A DNA stretch of 64,000 nucleotides from Chrysomallon squamiferum (lineage: Eukaryota; Animalia; Mollusca). Below the pieces are notes generated by a model. The model was not told the origin of the DNA and made no database searches. It saw only the letters and a list, made by a program, of their open reading frames with translations. Position 1 is the stretch's first letter, and each line of letters opens with the position of its first letter. Position numbers and translations under genes: made by a program. Where the stretch lies: NCBI GenBank assembly GCA_012295275.1, contig CM022673.1, forward strand, positions 18,662,001 through 18,726,000, in the 5' to 3' direction. Shown here in pieces: positions 1 to 15,868 of this stretch.

Positions 1-184
1 TATATATAAACACGAGAAAGATACTTTTGTATTCGTACTTTTTTCTTCTTTTGTCTTTATTCTGTTTTTGACTATACTGTCTCTCCGCTTAGTTATTTAT
101 TTCTGCGACAATATTAGAGAACTCGACAACATTTATCATTTTAGTTTCCTCATCTCTGCTATTAAAGTATTTCATCGTTTACAG

Positions 185-800
185 AGATATTGGTGTTTTA
201 AACGAAGACGGCTATTTACAAATAGTAGGGAGAATGACTGACATGATAATACGAGGAGGAGTCAACATTTATCCTAAAGAGATTGAAGAGTTGTTGTATG
301 ACCATCCAAAGATTCATGCAGCAGAGGTTTGTCAGAAAAATGTATTATACTTGTATATATCCAAACTCTGGTTTTACTTATATAATAGTATTTAATACAT
401 TCAGAGAGGCATATGGTAAGTAATATACTGAATATGTTAAAACGAATCTTAATGTTGAGATACAGATCGTACATAGTTTGGAAGGAATAGTGTGATAAGT
501 GATATAAAAACGAATAAGTATAATGGCAGTAAGACATAGAAAGAGCTGTATATTTCTGTGTGTGTGTGTGTGTGTGTGTCTGTGTGTCTGTGTGTGTGTG
601 TGTCTGTGTGTGAAAACAGGAATTAAATATCCTATGACTGATAATTAACTATACACTCAGTCTTTTACAGGTATTTTAAATCGTCTATTTTAATTAGAGT
701 GATAACTCTACATTCTTTTTCTGTAGTTATTGCTTATGATATTATGCCACTGTCACATACATCTTCTTCTTCTTCTTCTTTTTTTTCTTCTCATTATTAC

Positions 801-867
<67 letters not shown>

Positions 868-988
868 GATTGATTGATTGATTGATTCTTTGTTGTTATT
901 GATGATGATGATGTTTTCTGATGTTATTCTATTATCATATTATCATCTAGTCCGACGAAGTCTGACTGTAATAAATAATCGTCGGACT

Positions 989-1036
<48 letters not shown>

Positions 1037-1124
1037 ACGACCAGACAGTCGCTGCTGCACGCTTTGCTGGTCAGTAGCCGTGTTATAAATAGTTCACAGT
1101 CGGGAAAACCGTTTCCTTTTTTAA

Positions 1125-1173
<49 letters not shown>

Positions 1174-2162
1174 CAGTTCAATACTTCATTAAAGAAATCT
1201 AAAAATTCGATGATTTAATATTAAAAGTGTTTTGAAATGTCTTTATATGATATTAATTCAGTTAATCAGTATTCTTTCATTTTATTGAACAAACGGGATG
1301 TTCACTATTAATTTGTTCCTGGTCACATATAATATGTATTTTTGAAACAAACAAAAAATATATTGTCTTTCTCTACAAGATTGTTGGTGTACCAGAAGAT
1401 CGACTGGGAGAACAAGTTTGTGCTTTCATCATTCTGAAACCATCTGTGACGTGCACCCAGCGAGAAATCCAGGAATACTGCAAACAGAGAGTAAGTAACA
1501 AACCAGCAATAGTTTCTTCCTAAACAAACAATAGTACTTCATTTAATGAGCATCCTTAAAGAAAGATACCCATATGACAAAGATCGGATACCTGACAGTT
1601 GCATGCTATGTCTCTCTATATTTTTCATAATTTGTGATGCTAAAAAGACGTCTGCCGATGTAATTATTTCCTCGAAACACAATAAATGACAAATAATATG
1701 CACATATAAATCACATCTGTAGTTTAGCCATTAACGACAAGAAAATTATTTTCTGTGTTTGACTGACTGAATGCGTGATTGATTGATTGACTGATTTGTT
1801 TAATGTTTACTTTTATTTATTATTTTTATTTATCATCATTATTAATAGTAATGATAGAGTAATGGCATTAATAACAAAACTGATGAATAGATTGAATAGT
1901 AACCAAAACTTTGAAAGGCACTGACTGTCTCAGAAGTCTTAATTCTACCTTGTACGAAGCTAATATTCCACGTACGAATGTATAGGCTGAGAGTTTACTG
2001 AAAGAACATTTAAAATACGCTGATTAATACATTCTATTTCAGAATGCAAACAACAAGGTTCCCAGTGTTGTGTTTTTCGTGGATTCCTTCCCGCTCGACC
2101 CCCTTGGAAAACCCAAGAAGAGAAAGTTAAAGGAAATGGCCATTAACATGTTGAAATTGTAA
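185..2162 (+). CDS. ACSF2: ACSF2-like medium-chain acyl-CoA synthetase (ANL adenylating enzyme), 3' part only; 5' exons lie upstream of the window
   Basis: Exons 185-326, 1380-1490 and 2043-2162 have AG/GT boundaries and splice in frame to (G)[67 protein letters not shown]...[45 protein letters not shown]. These match the ANL core motifs GD, GRxxDxIIRGGxNIYP, GVPxxxxGE and PxxxxGK. The symbol is a family-level assignment. Confidence 0.88.
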
Positions 2163-4067
2163 TAATTTAGGAAAAACAACAAAAACAAAAAAGACACACA
2201 AAAAGAAAACAACAACAAACAATATCTGATCTTTCTCTTAATTGACGTGTTGATAAATCAGATGTTAACTGAGTTTCCTTACTAACCTTCTTAACTTTGT
2301 TTAATAAAGAAATAAGCTCAAATAAGAATTGTACAAATTACTCTGCAAATACAGGTTTCTGGTGCGTAGTTTTACAAAACACGTAGTGTTAGTAATGCGC
2401 GAGATCGGCAAGATAAGAAAACTAAATAGAGACACAGATAAGCTCCATACGACAGAAATATGCTAAAAAGTAGCAGTACTAACAAATAATAATAATAATA
2501 ATAATAATGATGATGATGATGATGATAATAATAATGATGATGATGATGATGATGATAATAATAATGATGATGATGATGATAATAATGCTTGCGTAGATGC
2601 GTAGATACATATATACGACACACACATACACTAGATAGACAAGTAAAATTATTATTATTGCTGTTGTTGTTGTTGTTATTTATTATCTGTAACTGTTGTT
2701 GATAACAACATAATCGGTTGTTGTTGTTTTTTTTGTTTTTTTTGGCTATTTTAATTTCAGCAGAGAAACAAAGAAAATCTTTCACTCTCAAGTTTGTTAG
2801 CCACTCCCTGAATAGTGAAATGTCATATAGCTTGTAATTAAATATTCGATTATATTAACAGGTGTTTCACTTCAGTTGCAATGTGATAACCAGTTATTCC
2901 CTTTTAACTACTGAACTGTGACGTCTAGCACTTTTCACGATTACCTTACCGTGACAATTCCCACTTTTAACGGATACGTACCTTTATCTCTGGTGTGATT
3001 GGACAGAAGTGTCCCATCTGTCTTTGCGTAACTTGGTGCACTGTTTGGCCCGCGGTGCGTCATACCTCATACACAATAACTGTTGATGGGTGCGTTCAGT
3101 TTGAATAATTTAATACTGCTTTATACTGATGAGTATAAGAAATAACTAACTCTAGAAAATAATAATAATACTATACATATGTTTGTAAATGTGTTTGTCT
3201 GTATATTAGTCTTAATAATTTAGGCAATTGCCTCACAGAATTACCTTTCATTTAATAACAAAAAAAACAATAATAATAATAATAATGAATGTGATGATAA
3301 TGATGATACAAAAGAAATAACTGTTTTTAATTTGTTCATTTCTTATGATATTGTCAGTTACTTCAGTACTTATTTTTAATTCATTCATTTGTATTGTTTT
3401 ACATTCACACACACACGCACGCATACGCACACACACACATAATTTTGTTAATCCACAGTATATTTACATACTGATACTACTTTATTTATTTAAATAAATT
3501 ATTTTATATAAACGAAAGCTAATAAAAAAATATATATATATATACATATATTTATAATGAAATTTTTATATATTTTTTTCTTTTGTTTTGTTTTGTCGTT
3601 TCTTATCTTGCTTTGTACTACTGGTAGTTTCTCGGTAAACGTTAGTGGATGCCATTTCTTCAGATAGCGCCTAACAGATTAATAAAACTGAGGTCGTTAT
3701 AATATCTATTATCTGTTAATATTGTTCTTGTTGTATGCAGGTACTGACTGGATGCGGTTAAATGAAACTAATTAATTTTATCAGAACAAAATACATAGCA
3801 GTTCATATTAAACTGCCTCCATGATGTTAAACAGATTAAATTATAATTTGATGTTATGTACTAATAACGTTTTGTATAATGCTATCCAAAATGATCCATC
3901 CAAGTTAATAATAGTTTATGTATGAATATGTATGTGTGTATGTATGTATGTATGTACGTACGTACATTTGTAAGTATGTACGTATGTCTGCATGTATGAA
4001 AAATGAAATTACTATTTAATTATGAGAAAGTCTGACAGTGAGAGAGAGAGTGTGTGTCTGTGTGTAC

Positions 4068-4192
<125 letters not shown>

Positions 4193-4276
4193 TTAAATAT
4201 TGTGCTTAGTATACTTAATTAAATTATGGATATTCAAACGCGGATATGTTTCTTATCCTTATATCTAAACCAGTGT

Positions 4277-4311
4277 GATTGGCTGAAACAGACCGTGCAC
4301 GGGCTATAAAA
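4277..4311 (+). promoter_or_regulatory. Core promoter of peptide gene 1A: inverted CCAAT box (GATTGG) and TATA box (TATAAAA 4305-4311)
   Basis: Motifs lie 37-70 bp upstream of ATG 4348. The homologous site in copy B reads TATACAA (13267-13273). Confidence 0.6.
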
Positions 4312-4347
4312 CTGATGTCTTCCTAATGCTGAATAACAAGGCTGGAG

Positions 4348-5910
4348 ATGATGAAGATTTTAATATTTGTCTGCATGCTGGTTATTCTGCTGCAACCAAG
4401 CAGCGCGCAGTCTGTAGAGAAAATCAGCGATTCTCTAAGTGAAAGAGAAGATGAGCTTGACGTAACCAAACTGACAGACGAACAGATCAGTCAGCTGTTA
4501 GAGCTCGCGCAGTCAGGACTGAAAAGAGCAGCTGGTTTGTATTCTCTTACCATTAATATGTTTTTACATATTTATAACTTCTGAGTACATATACATACAC
4601 ACCTAAACACACATAACATATACTCATTCTATACAACATGTTTGCATGTATATATGAATGTATGTAAGTATGTATATCTGTATGTATGTTTGTATGCATC
4701 TGTGTATGTGTCTAACTACAACTATGTACATATGCATACACATACACACATCAGCATACACGCATTACGTATATACAGACTGAAGATAGAAAGAACGTAT
4801 TTATGTATGTATGTATGTATGTATACACCGGTAAGAAATTTAGAATCTCGTACCAGTGATACCCGAGACGGTTCAAGCATATACAAATTAACGTGGCTAA
4901 AAATGTATGACAGATATATAGATATATTTTGATGTTTGGCGCATGTGGTACGGTTAATAACGTGAATGCAGTTTACAAAAGAAATAATGTATGATATACA
5001 AATTATATCTTACGGAAATCAACAGGGCGAGACATTTATAATGAAGGGTGAAAAGGCCCAATCACAGACGTCTTGCCACATTCTTTCTTACTGTATGGAA
5101 ACTAATAGGACACCAAGTGATGGCTGTATTATGTCATGTCTGATATCTTGGGGATAGAAGTTTGACCGCAAATGAGATATAATAAATCAGTATACAGTAA
5201 ATAATTTATGCTTATTTAAAAATAAAGTTAATATAGTTAAAATCAGTAATTTCTTTAGAAAATTAAACACTTGCGCAATGTTGTTACAGATTATTTTACA
5301 ATTATTGTGTTTTATTTCAGATGAACTGCTGGATAAAGGTGCTGAACTACTGAATAAACGTCAGAAACTTCCTAAGTTCAATTTCACACCTGGTAACAAA
5401 CCTCCCTTGCCTAAGTTCAATTTCAAACTACCACCACCACCTCCTAAACTCAACTTGGGTAAGTTAGTTTTACTTTCTTCATCGATACGTCAATACAGTT
5501 TGTACATTTGAAATCACTGTTCCAAATCTTAATACAACAAAAACTAAAACACAGAACATATTGCTAATTGGTGTAAAATATGTATTTATTTCGAAATTCG
5601 AGTGAATCAGTTTACTAACTTTTGTGTTTCGATCTGTTTAAGAATATCGATATATCGATATTATTATTATAATTATTATTAGTAGTAGTAGTAGTAGTAG
5701 AATTGTTGTTTTTGTTGCTCCTTTTGCAGTTTTGCTTTGTTTTATTTTATTTTATTTTACTTCTTTTTTCTTTTTTTTTCAGGGAAAGGTTTTAGTTTGG
5801 GAGCTGGCGGTCTGTCGTATCAAAAGGGAAACTTCAGAGTAAATCTCACACCAACATTTTCTGGACTAAAACCAACCGGAGGACGACTAACCGTTCAGTT
5901 CAGGTTTTGA
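4348..5910 (+). CDS. Secreted prepro-peptide 1A (150 aa), Pro-rich/Gly-rich cationic, antimicrobial-peptide-like
   Basis: Exons 4348-4534, 5321-5458 and 5783-5910 with phase-1 GT-AG introns. Signal MMKILIFVCMLVILLQPSSA, acidic pro-region and two KR sites. Predicted mature peptide QKLPKFNFTPGNKPPLPKFNFKLPPPPPKLNLGKGFSLGAGGLSYQKGNFRVNLTPTFSGLKPTGGRLTVQFRF* (74 aa, 9 K + 3 R, no D/E, no Cys). AATAAA near 5978. Confidence 0.85.
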
Positions 5911-6070
5911 TGAAATTTATCTCAATCTTTGATTTGTCACCTACTCATCTAGAAGAGTGTCGAACTTACTTTTTCTAAATAAACAGTAAGAAAATTATAT
6001 TTATGTTTGTTTTATATTTAATGTATGTCGGAATATGTAGCATGATATAAAACAGTGACAAACACACACA

Positions 6071-6107
<37 letters not shown>

Positions 6108-6954
6108 CTTCGTTTCCTTGCACTAATTCAGAATGTAGGATAAAGAATTAGACTCGAAGTGTTTAATATATTTTCACATCCATTTGAAAACACACACACA
6201 AACTCTGACACATACAAATGCACATGCACGAAACACAATTAGTGATACGTATGTTCACGAACACATATACACACAGAGAAAAGGAAATGCAGTGAGTAAA
6301 TCCGCTGGTAGGTACTGCATTTTAAACAATCCCATTCTCAGAAAACTCACAGCTTTACTTGTGTATGTTGATGTACCTGCGTGAGACGATGTCAGCTGAA
6401 GGTTCACCTTCTGAACTAAACTTGACACCTGTTGAGTTTCTAGCACCATCAGGTACAAATATACTTCTACAACTGTCTATTTCCCAGTCAGACGTTTTCG
6501 TTACAGCTTTTAATGTATCATATATAGAATGGATATGTAAAAATTGATTCTGCCTATATGTTACTTACTGTTAATTTGCGTTTGTTTGTCCGAAATAAAT
6601 ACGAAAAGAGAAAAAAGAATCGTATGAAAAGATATCATATAAATAATCTATCACTTATAAATATTTAACTATTTCTTTTCAATGGAGTAAATTCAAAAGA
6701 AATATAATAAACTATGCCTAAATATGATAACAAATCAGTATCATAATTGTTGTTGTTCATACGCAGAGTGTATATTTTAATTTATTATTCTGGAAGGGCT
6801 GGCTACTTGAAATGTAAATGAAACCATTAGCAACTGTTTAATATTCTATAAAGATGTCTGATTGTTTGCCGTCAGAAGTCATTTATTATTTGTTTTATTT
6901 TATTTTATTTTTATGTTTCAGTCTGGTTGTTAATCTATAAAACATGATCTTATC

Positions 6955-7077
<123 letters not shown>

Positions 7078-7347
7078 ACTACCTTTCTCTCATGATTTTT
7101 TTTTTGTTCCATATTTAACTGTGTGACTGTTTTAGAAATAACATATCTGCTGATCGCTGTATACCGGCTGATATGACCTTTGCCACAATTATATCTATCT
7201 GTATTCTTTTTTTCACACAAAAACGATATCTCATGACTTGGATGTTATCATAAGATATCACATTTGATTGACTGGTGATAAGAATCAGTCTTTTACATAA
7301 AAAGGAACCTCACTGTAACACGCTTCAGTACTGACTACGACACGACA

Positions 7348-8361
7348 ATGTTTGTGAAAATTTTACTCCTCTTGGTTGTTCTAGTGAGTGTCAACTCTCT
7401 TCCAGTTGCTGAATGGAGTCAGGCAGATCTGGGCAAGTACAACTCACACTAATAAGTGAAATTATAGCAAAATCGAGAATAAGCTAAAATAAGTTCATAT
7501 AATTTGTAAAGATCAGGTGACGGGTACCTGAATGATATTAAAAATAAAAAAAAAAAAAATAATAAAATAATAAATAATAAAAAATAAAAAAAAAAATAAA
7601 CTATTACAAAACTAGATATATATGCGAATAAAAACATAACAGTACAAGTGACAATATTTGATAGTTATAATAAACGTAAAATGTTCTGTTACAGAAGATC
7701 TATTCAATTCAGAAGAGTTGGCAAAACGTGATTTGAGTTACGATCTTGGTAAGATTTTGTTTAGAGAATAAGCTGACAACATAAACGCTTGTAGTTGAGC
7801 GGTTTCCAGCCTGTGCTCCGCGGACTCCCGGGGGATCCGTAATGATTGTATTCGTCCGAGCGCTAAGTTTAAAACTTCAAAACGCTGAAATGTAAAATGT
7901 ATAGTTATCACGATCAGGCTGATAAAGATAAACTTTTAAAATTTTATATATATCTTTAACTGAATAAATATATATATATATTTCAAATGAGAGATGGGTC
8001 TGAGAAAGAGATTTTATCGTTAATCAGTAAAATCGGCTTATTAATTAGACAGACTTTTTAAAAATCTGGGTCAGTTAGCTTTCATATATATATATATATA
8101 TTTACTCACACAGAGAAACATGAATCTATACATACATACGTAAATACATTTACAATAAACTTATTCAAACAGTGTAAATACATAAATTCAACATAACAGT
8201 ATCTGCAACACTGTTTGTTTTCAGGACATGGTTTCAGCATAGGCACAGGAGGATTGCAGTACACCAATCCATCCGGCAGTTTCACAGCTGGAGTTAAACC
8301 ACTCTTTAACGGAATTAAACCATCCGGAGCATACGCCGGTTTCACCTACCACTTCGGTTAA
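7348..8361 (+). CDS. Secreted prepro-peptide 2A (91 aa), Gly-rich, probably C-terminally amidated; paralog of 1A
   Basis: Exons 7348-7432 (GC donor, G|gcaagt), 7695-7748 and 8225-8361, all phase 1. Translation MFVKILLLLVVLVSVNSLPVAEWSQADLEDLFNSEELAKR-DLSYDLGHGFSIGTGGLQYTNPSGSFTAGVKPLFNGIKPSGAYAGFTYHFG*. AATAAA at 8375-8380. Not present in the ORF track. Confidence 0.8.
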
Positions 8362-9160
8362 CTTACTTTAAGTGAATAAAGAATAAAAAATAGTTTTTGT
8401 GTGTTTCTAAGAAAATTTATATATTCAACAAAAAGCTTTTTGTGTATGTGTGTGTTTGTATGTCAGTGTTTCTCTATGAAACTTAATTACTGAAGAGTCA
8501 TTTCGTCTCTTTGATTATAATATATTCAGTATTATTAATTTAATTTTATAACACATAAAACCAATATATATCTTCAATCTGCCACCACTACTCTATTGTT
8601 ACTGCTACTATTACTGCTACTATTACTATTACTTCGACTACCACTACTCTACTATTACTGTTTCTGCTACTGCTATTTACCATTATTACTACTACCACTA
8701 CAGTAGCTGATACAGCTATTGTAACTACCAGTACAACCAGTACTACTATTACTACTGTTGCTGCTATTACTACTGCTACTGCTGCTACTACTACTAATTT
8801 TTATACTAACAGTAATACTAATACTAATATTTACATGATTAATAGTAACAACAACAGGAACATAAGTAGATATGGGCTCACGACAGATGAAGTAAATAAT
8901 TATTATAGTCACAATAGTTCATGTAACTTCAAAAGCAACAGATGCAGTAAAAGCAAACGTTCTTACGGACATAATGAGAAGATGAAAATGCAGAAACCAC
9001 CATGGAAAATCATAAACACCTTTCATGTATAAATACTATAATTATTGAAAACAGTGTTGATATTTCAAGGGCACCTGTAAGTGTAACACCGGTGTATTTG
9101 TTTAGAAGTTGATGGAGGAGTTAGAACGTGATAATTTCAGATTTTAGTTAACTAATTCAG

Positions 9161-9241
9161 TGAGTCAAACGTTACACGTTACTGTTTACCAGTGTTTCAC
9201 AAGCAAATAAAACATGTTGACTTTGTCATTTATTGACGTCA
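9161..9241. promoter_or_regulatory. AP-1 (TGAGTCA) plus full CRE (TGACGTCA) pair, duplicated at 17171-17251
   Basis: Perfect consensus sites at 9161-9167 and 9234-9241 inside a block that is nearly identical in both duplicate copies. Confidence 0.4.
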
Positions 9242-9604
9242 TGGTTGGCATACATCAGATACATCATGCTGCAACGTTAGTTCATACCTCGCAAAACAGT
9301 TTATGATTCCAATATTCACTGATATATTCTGAATGTATATTTTTGATTATTGCAGCATATATGTATGTATGCATTTATGAATCTATGTATATAGGTATGC
9401 ATACATTATTGATTTAGGTATGTGTTTTAGTGAATATGCATCAGTTTTATTTATGGTAACATTTTTGTTTGTTTGTTTCACCTTCTCCTAATCATCATCA
9501 TAACAATTCAGAGGATAAATTAAAATTATAAACTTATAACATGAACAAAAAAGGAAAAAAATATACCACAGGACAAAATAACGGCAACAACAACAATAAC
9601 AATA

Positions 9605-10875
9605 CCACTTACATATAACTACATATCACTTTCCTTACACTTAACTACATATCACTTTGTCTTACGCTTAGCTACATATCACTTTGTCTTACACTTAACT
9701 ACATATCACTTTCCTTACACTTAACTACATATCACTTTGTCTTACACTTAACTACATATCACTTTGTCTTACACTTAACTACATATCACTTTGTCTTACA
9801 CTTAACTACATATCACTTTGTCTTACACTTAACTACATATCACTTTGTCTTACACTTAACTACATATCACTTTGTCTTACACTTAACTACATATCACTTT
9901 GTCTTACACTTAACTACATATCACTTTGTCTTACACTTAACTACATATCACTTTGTCTTACACTTAACTACATATCACTTTGTCTTACACTTAACTACAT
10001 ATCATCACTTTTGTCTACATATCATTCTGTCTTACACTTAACTACATATCATTTTGTCTTACACTTAACTACATATCATTCTGTCTTACACTTAACTACA
10101 TATCATTCTGTCTTACACTTAACTACATATCATTCTGTCTTACACTTAACTACATATCATTCTGTCTTACACTTAACTACATATCATTCTGTCTTACACT
10201 TAACTACATATAACTTTTTCTTACACGTAAATACATATCACTTTTTCTTACACGTAAATACATATCACTTTTTCTTACACGTAACTACATATCACTTTTT
10301 CTTACACTTAACTACATATAACTTTTTCTTACACGTAAATACATATCACTTTTTCTTACACGTAAATACATATCACTTTTTCCTACACGTAACTACATAT
10401 CACTTTTTCTTACACGTAACTACATATCACTTTTTCTTACACGTAAATACATATCACTTTTTCTTACACGTAACTACATATCACTTTTTCTTACACTTAG
10501 CTACATATTATTCTGTCTTACACTTAACTATATATCACTTTGTCTTACACTTAACTACATATCACTTTGCTTATACTTAACTACATATCATTCTGTCTTA
10601 CACTTAACTACATATAACTTTTTCTTACACGTAAATACATATAACTTTTTCCTACACGTAACTACATATCACTTTTTTACACGTAGCTACATATCACTTT
10701 TTCTTACACGTAACTACATATCACTTTTTCCTACACGTAACTACATATCACTTTTTCTTACACGTAAATACATATCACTTTTTCCTACACGTAACTACAT
10801 ATCACTTTTTCTTACACGTAAATACATATCACTTTTTCCTACACGTAACTACATATACCCCTAGCTACATATCAC
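9605..10875. repeat. 27-bp minisatellite (consensus cttacacttaactacatatcactttgt), roughly 45 copies
   Basis: Direct tandem repeats visible by eye, with variant sub-blocks (cattct; acgtaa/tttttc). It sits at the junction between the two segmental duplicate copies. Confidence 0.95.
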
Positions 10876-11160
10876 ATACGCTTTGTGCAACGTAGACAAA
10901 CGAAATCAAAATGAAGTAAATAGTGTGACTTTAGCCTACATGTAGGATATTCAGAAAGGTAATATACCTGCCTCTTAAATTCATTACATATACATATATG
11001 AGAAGAAGATACATTTTTATTGGTGATTTATTTTATTATTATTATTTTTTTTACAACACTGTCACTACGCTCAGTTATTTATTTCCATATTAGAGAACTC
11101 GACAACATTTAACATTTTAGTTTCCTCATCTCTGCTATTAAAGTATTTCATCGTTTACAG

Positions 11161-11269
11161 AGATATTGATGTTTTAAACGAAGACGGCTATTTACAAATA
11201 GTAGGGAGAATGACTGACATGATAATACGAGGAGGAGTCAACATTTATCCCAAAGAGATTGACGAATAA
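11161..11269 (+). pseudogene. ACSF2-like pseudo-exon in duplicate copy B
   Basis: Copy of exon 185-326 truncated at ...NIYPKEIDE* (TAA 11267-11269) with the donor lost. The two downstream exons are absent from copy B. Confidence 0.88.
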
Positions 11270-11429
11270 TGATTCGTATGTGTAGAAAAACTGGTAAGTA
11301 ATATGCTGAATTTGTTAAAATGAATCCTAATGTTGAGATACAGATGGTTCATAGTTCGGAAGGAATAGTGTGATAAATGATATAAAAATGAATGATTCAT
11401 AATGCTAATAAGACATACAAACAGCTGTA

Positions 11430-11528
<99 letters not shown>

Positions 11529-11932
11529 CTGTGTTTGTGTTTGTGTGTGTGTATGACAGTAACAGAACAGTAACAGAAGTCAAATGAGCTATGAATGATA
11601 AATTAACTATCAACAAAAGCAAAAACACAGCATTAATTATGCTTTCCATTGAAAGTCAATTAACTGTATTCTCAGTCTTTTACACCTCTGTAGTTTAGCC
11701 ATGTACGACAAGAATATTATTTTCTGTGTCTGACTAACTGATTGAGTGACTGATTGATTGACTGATTTGTTTGTTGTTTACTTTTTCTATTTATCATCAT
11801 TATTAATAGTAATGGTAGAGTAATGGCAATAATAACAAAACTGACGAATAGACTGAATAGTAATCAACACTTTGAAGGGCACTGTCAAAAAACAAACAAA
11901 AAAAACAATATCTGAAAATAATAATAATACAT

Positions 11933-11968
<36 letters not shown>

Positions 11969-13044
11969 ACTTATACACACTAAATACAAAAGTAAAGTAT
12001 TATTGTTGTTATTGTTGTTGTTGTTGTTATTGTTGTTGTTGTTATTTATTATCTGTAATTGTTGTTGATAACCATATCATCGTTTTACCTTCTTTCTTTT
12101 TTTTTTTTTTGCTATTTTAATTTCAGCAGAGAAACAAAGAAAATCTTTCACTCTCAAGTTTGTTAGCCACTCCCTGAATAGTGAAATGTCATATAGCTTG
12201 TAATGAAATATTCGATTATATTAACAGGTGTTTCACTTCAGTTGCAATGTGATAACCAGTTATTCCCTTTTAACTACTGAACTGTTACGTCTAGCACTTT
12301 TCACGATTACCTTACCGTGACAATTCCCACTTTTAACGGATACGTACCTTTATCTCTGGTGTGATTGGACAGAAGTGTCCCATCTGTCTTTGCGTAACTT
12401 GGTGCACTGTTTGGCCCGCGGTGCGTCATACCTCATACACAATAACTGTTGATGGGTGCGTTCAGTTTGAATAATTTAATACTGCTTTATACTGATGAGT
12501 ATAAGAAATAACTAACTCTAGAAAATAATAATAATACTATACATATGTTTGTATGTATGTTTGTATGTATGTTTGTCTGTATATTAGTCTTTAATATTTT
12601 TAGGAAATTGCCTCACGTAATTTCATTTCATTTATTTTACTTGGTGATCCTTAGATGTATGTATTCATTAAATGAGAGTTTGGTTGTTGGCATTGTTGTT
12701 GTTGTATGCAGATACTGACTGGAAGCGGTTAAATGAAACTAATTAATTTTATCAGATCAAAAAACAAAGCAATCCATATTAAACTGCCTCCATGATGTTA
12801 AATAGGTTAAATTATAATTTGATGTCATGTACTAATAAAGTTTGGCATAATTCTAACTTTCTGTTTTATTTGTCCTTATGATCCATCTAAGTTAATAATA
12901 ACTTACTTATGTATATATGAGTGTGTGTGATGTATTTCAGGTAAATGTTTTAAATAAAATTACTATTTAATTACGAGAAAGTCTGACAGTGAGAGCGTGT
13001 GTGTGTATGTGTGTGTGTGTGTGTGTGTGTGCGCATATGTGTGT

Positions 13045-13157
<113 letters not shown>

Positions 13158-13309
13158 AATATTTTGCTTAGTATACTTAATTAAATTATGGATATTCAAA
13201 TGCGGATATGTTTCTTATCCTTATATCTAAACCAGTGTGATTGGCTGAAACAGACCGTACACGGGCTATACAAATGATGTCTTCCTAACGCTGAATAACA
13301 AGGCTGGAG

Positions 13310-15359
<2,050 letters not shown>

Positions 15360-15868
15360 TGAAACTTTATCTCATTCTTTGATTTGTCACCTACTCATCT
15401 AGAAGAGTGTCGAACTTACTTTTTCTAAATAAACAGTAAGAAAATTATATTTATGTTTGTTTTATATTTAATGTATATCGGAATATGTAGCATGATGTAA
15501 AACAGTGACACACATCCACACACACAAAACACACACACACACATCTACGTTTCCTTGCACTAATTCAGAATGTATCATAAAGAATTAGACTCGAAGTGTT
15601 TAATATATTTTCGCATCCCTTTGAAGACACACATACAAACTCTGACACATACACATGCACATGCACGAAACACACAGACATATGCCGGCTCACACGACCT
15701 TTGCCACAATTATATCTAACTAAAGTATTTTCTTCACACAAAAACGATATCTCATGACTTGGATGTTATCATAAGATATCACATTTGATTGACTGGTGAT
15801 AAGAATCAGTATTTTACATAAAAAGGATTCTCACTGCAACACGCTTCAGTACTGACTACGACACGACA

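Noticed and set aside
185-2162. Possibility that the ANL enzyme is a luciferase or an NRPS adenylation domain
   Set aside because: Only the generic C-terminal motifs are visible, the protein stops with no carrier domain, and nothing distinguishes it from an acyl-CoA synthetase.
6359-6547. Short ORF with a possible donor between peptide genes 1A and 2A
   Set aside because: No recognisable homology, no partner exons, and absent from copy B.
10011-10580. 189-aa ORF of TTYHSVLHL repeats
   Set aside because: Read-through of the 27-bp minisatellite with no true ATG, splice sites or signal peptide.
9605-10875. Regularly spaced repeats resembling a CRISPR array
   Set aside because: Units are contiguous with no unique spacers, the context is eukaryotic, and there are no cas genes.
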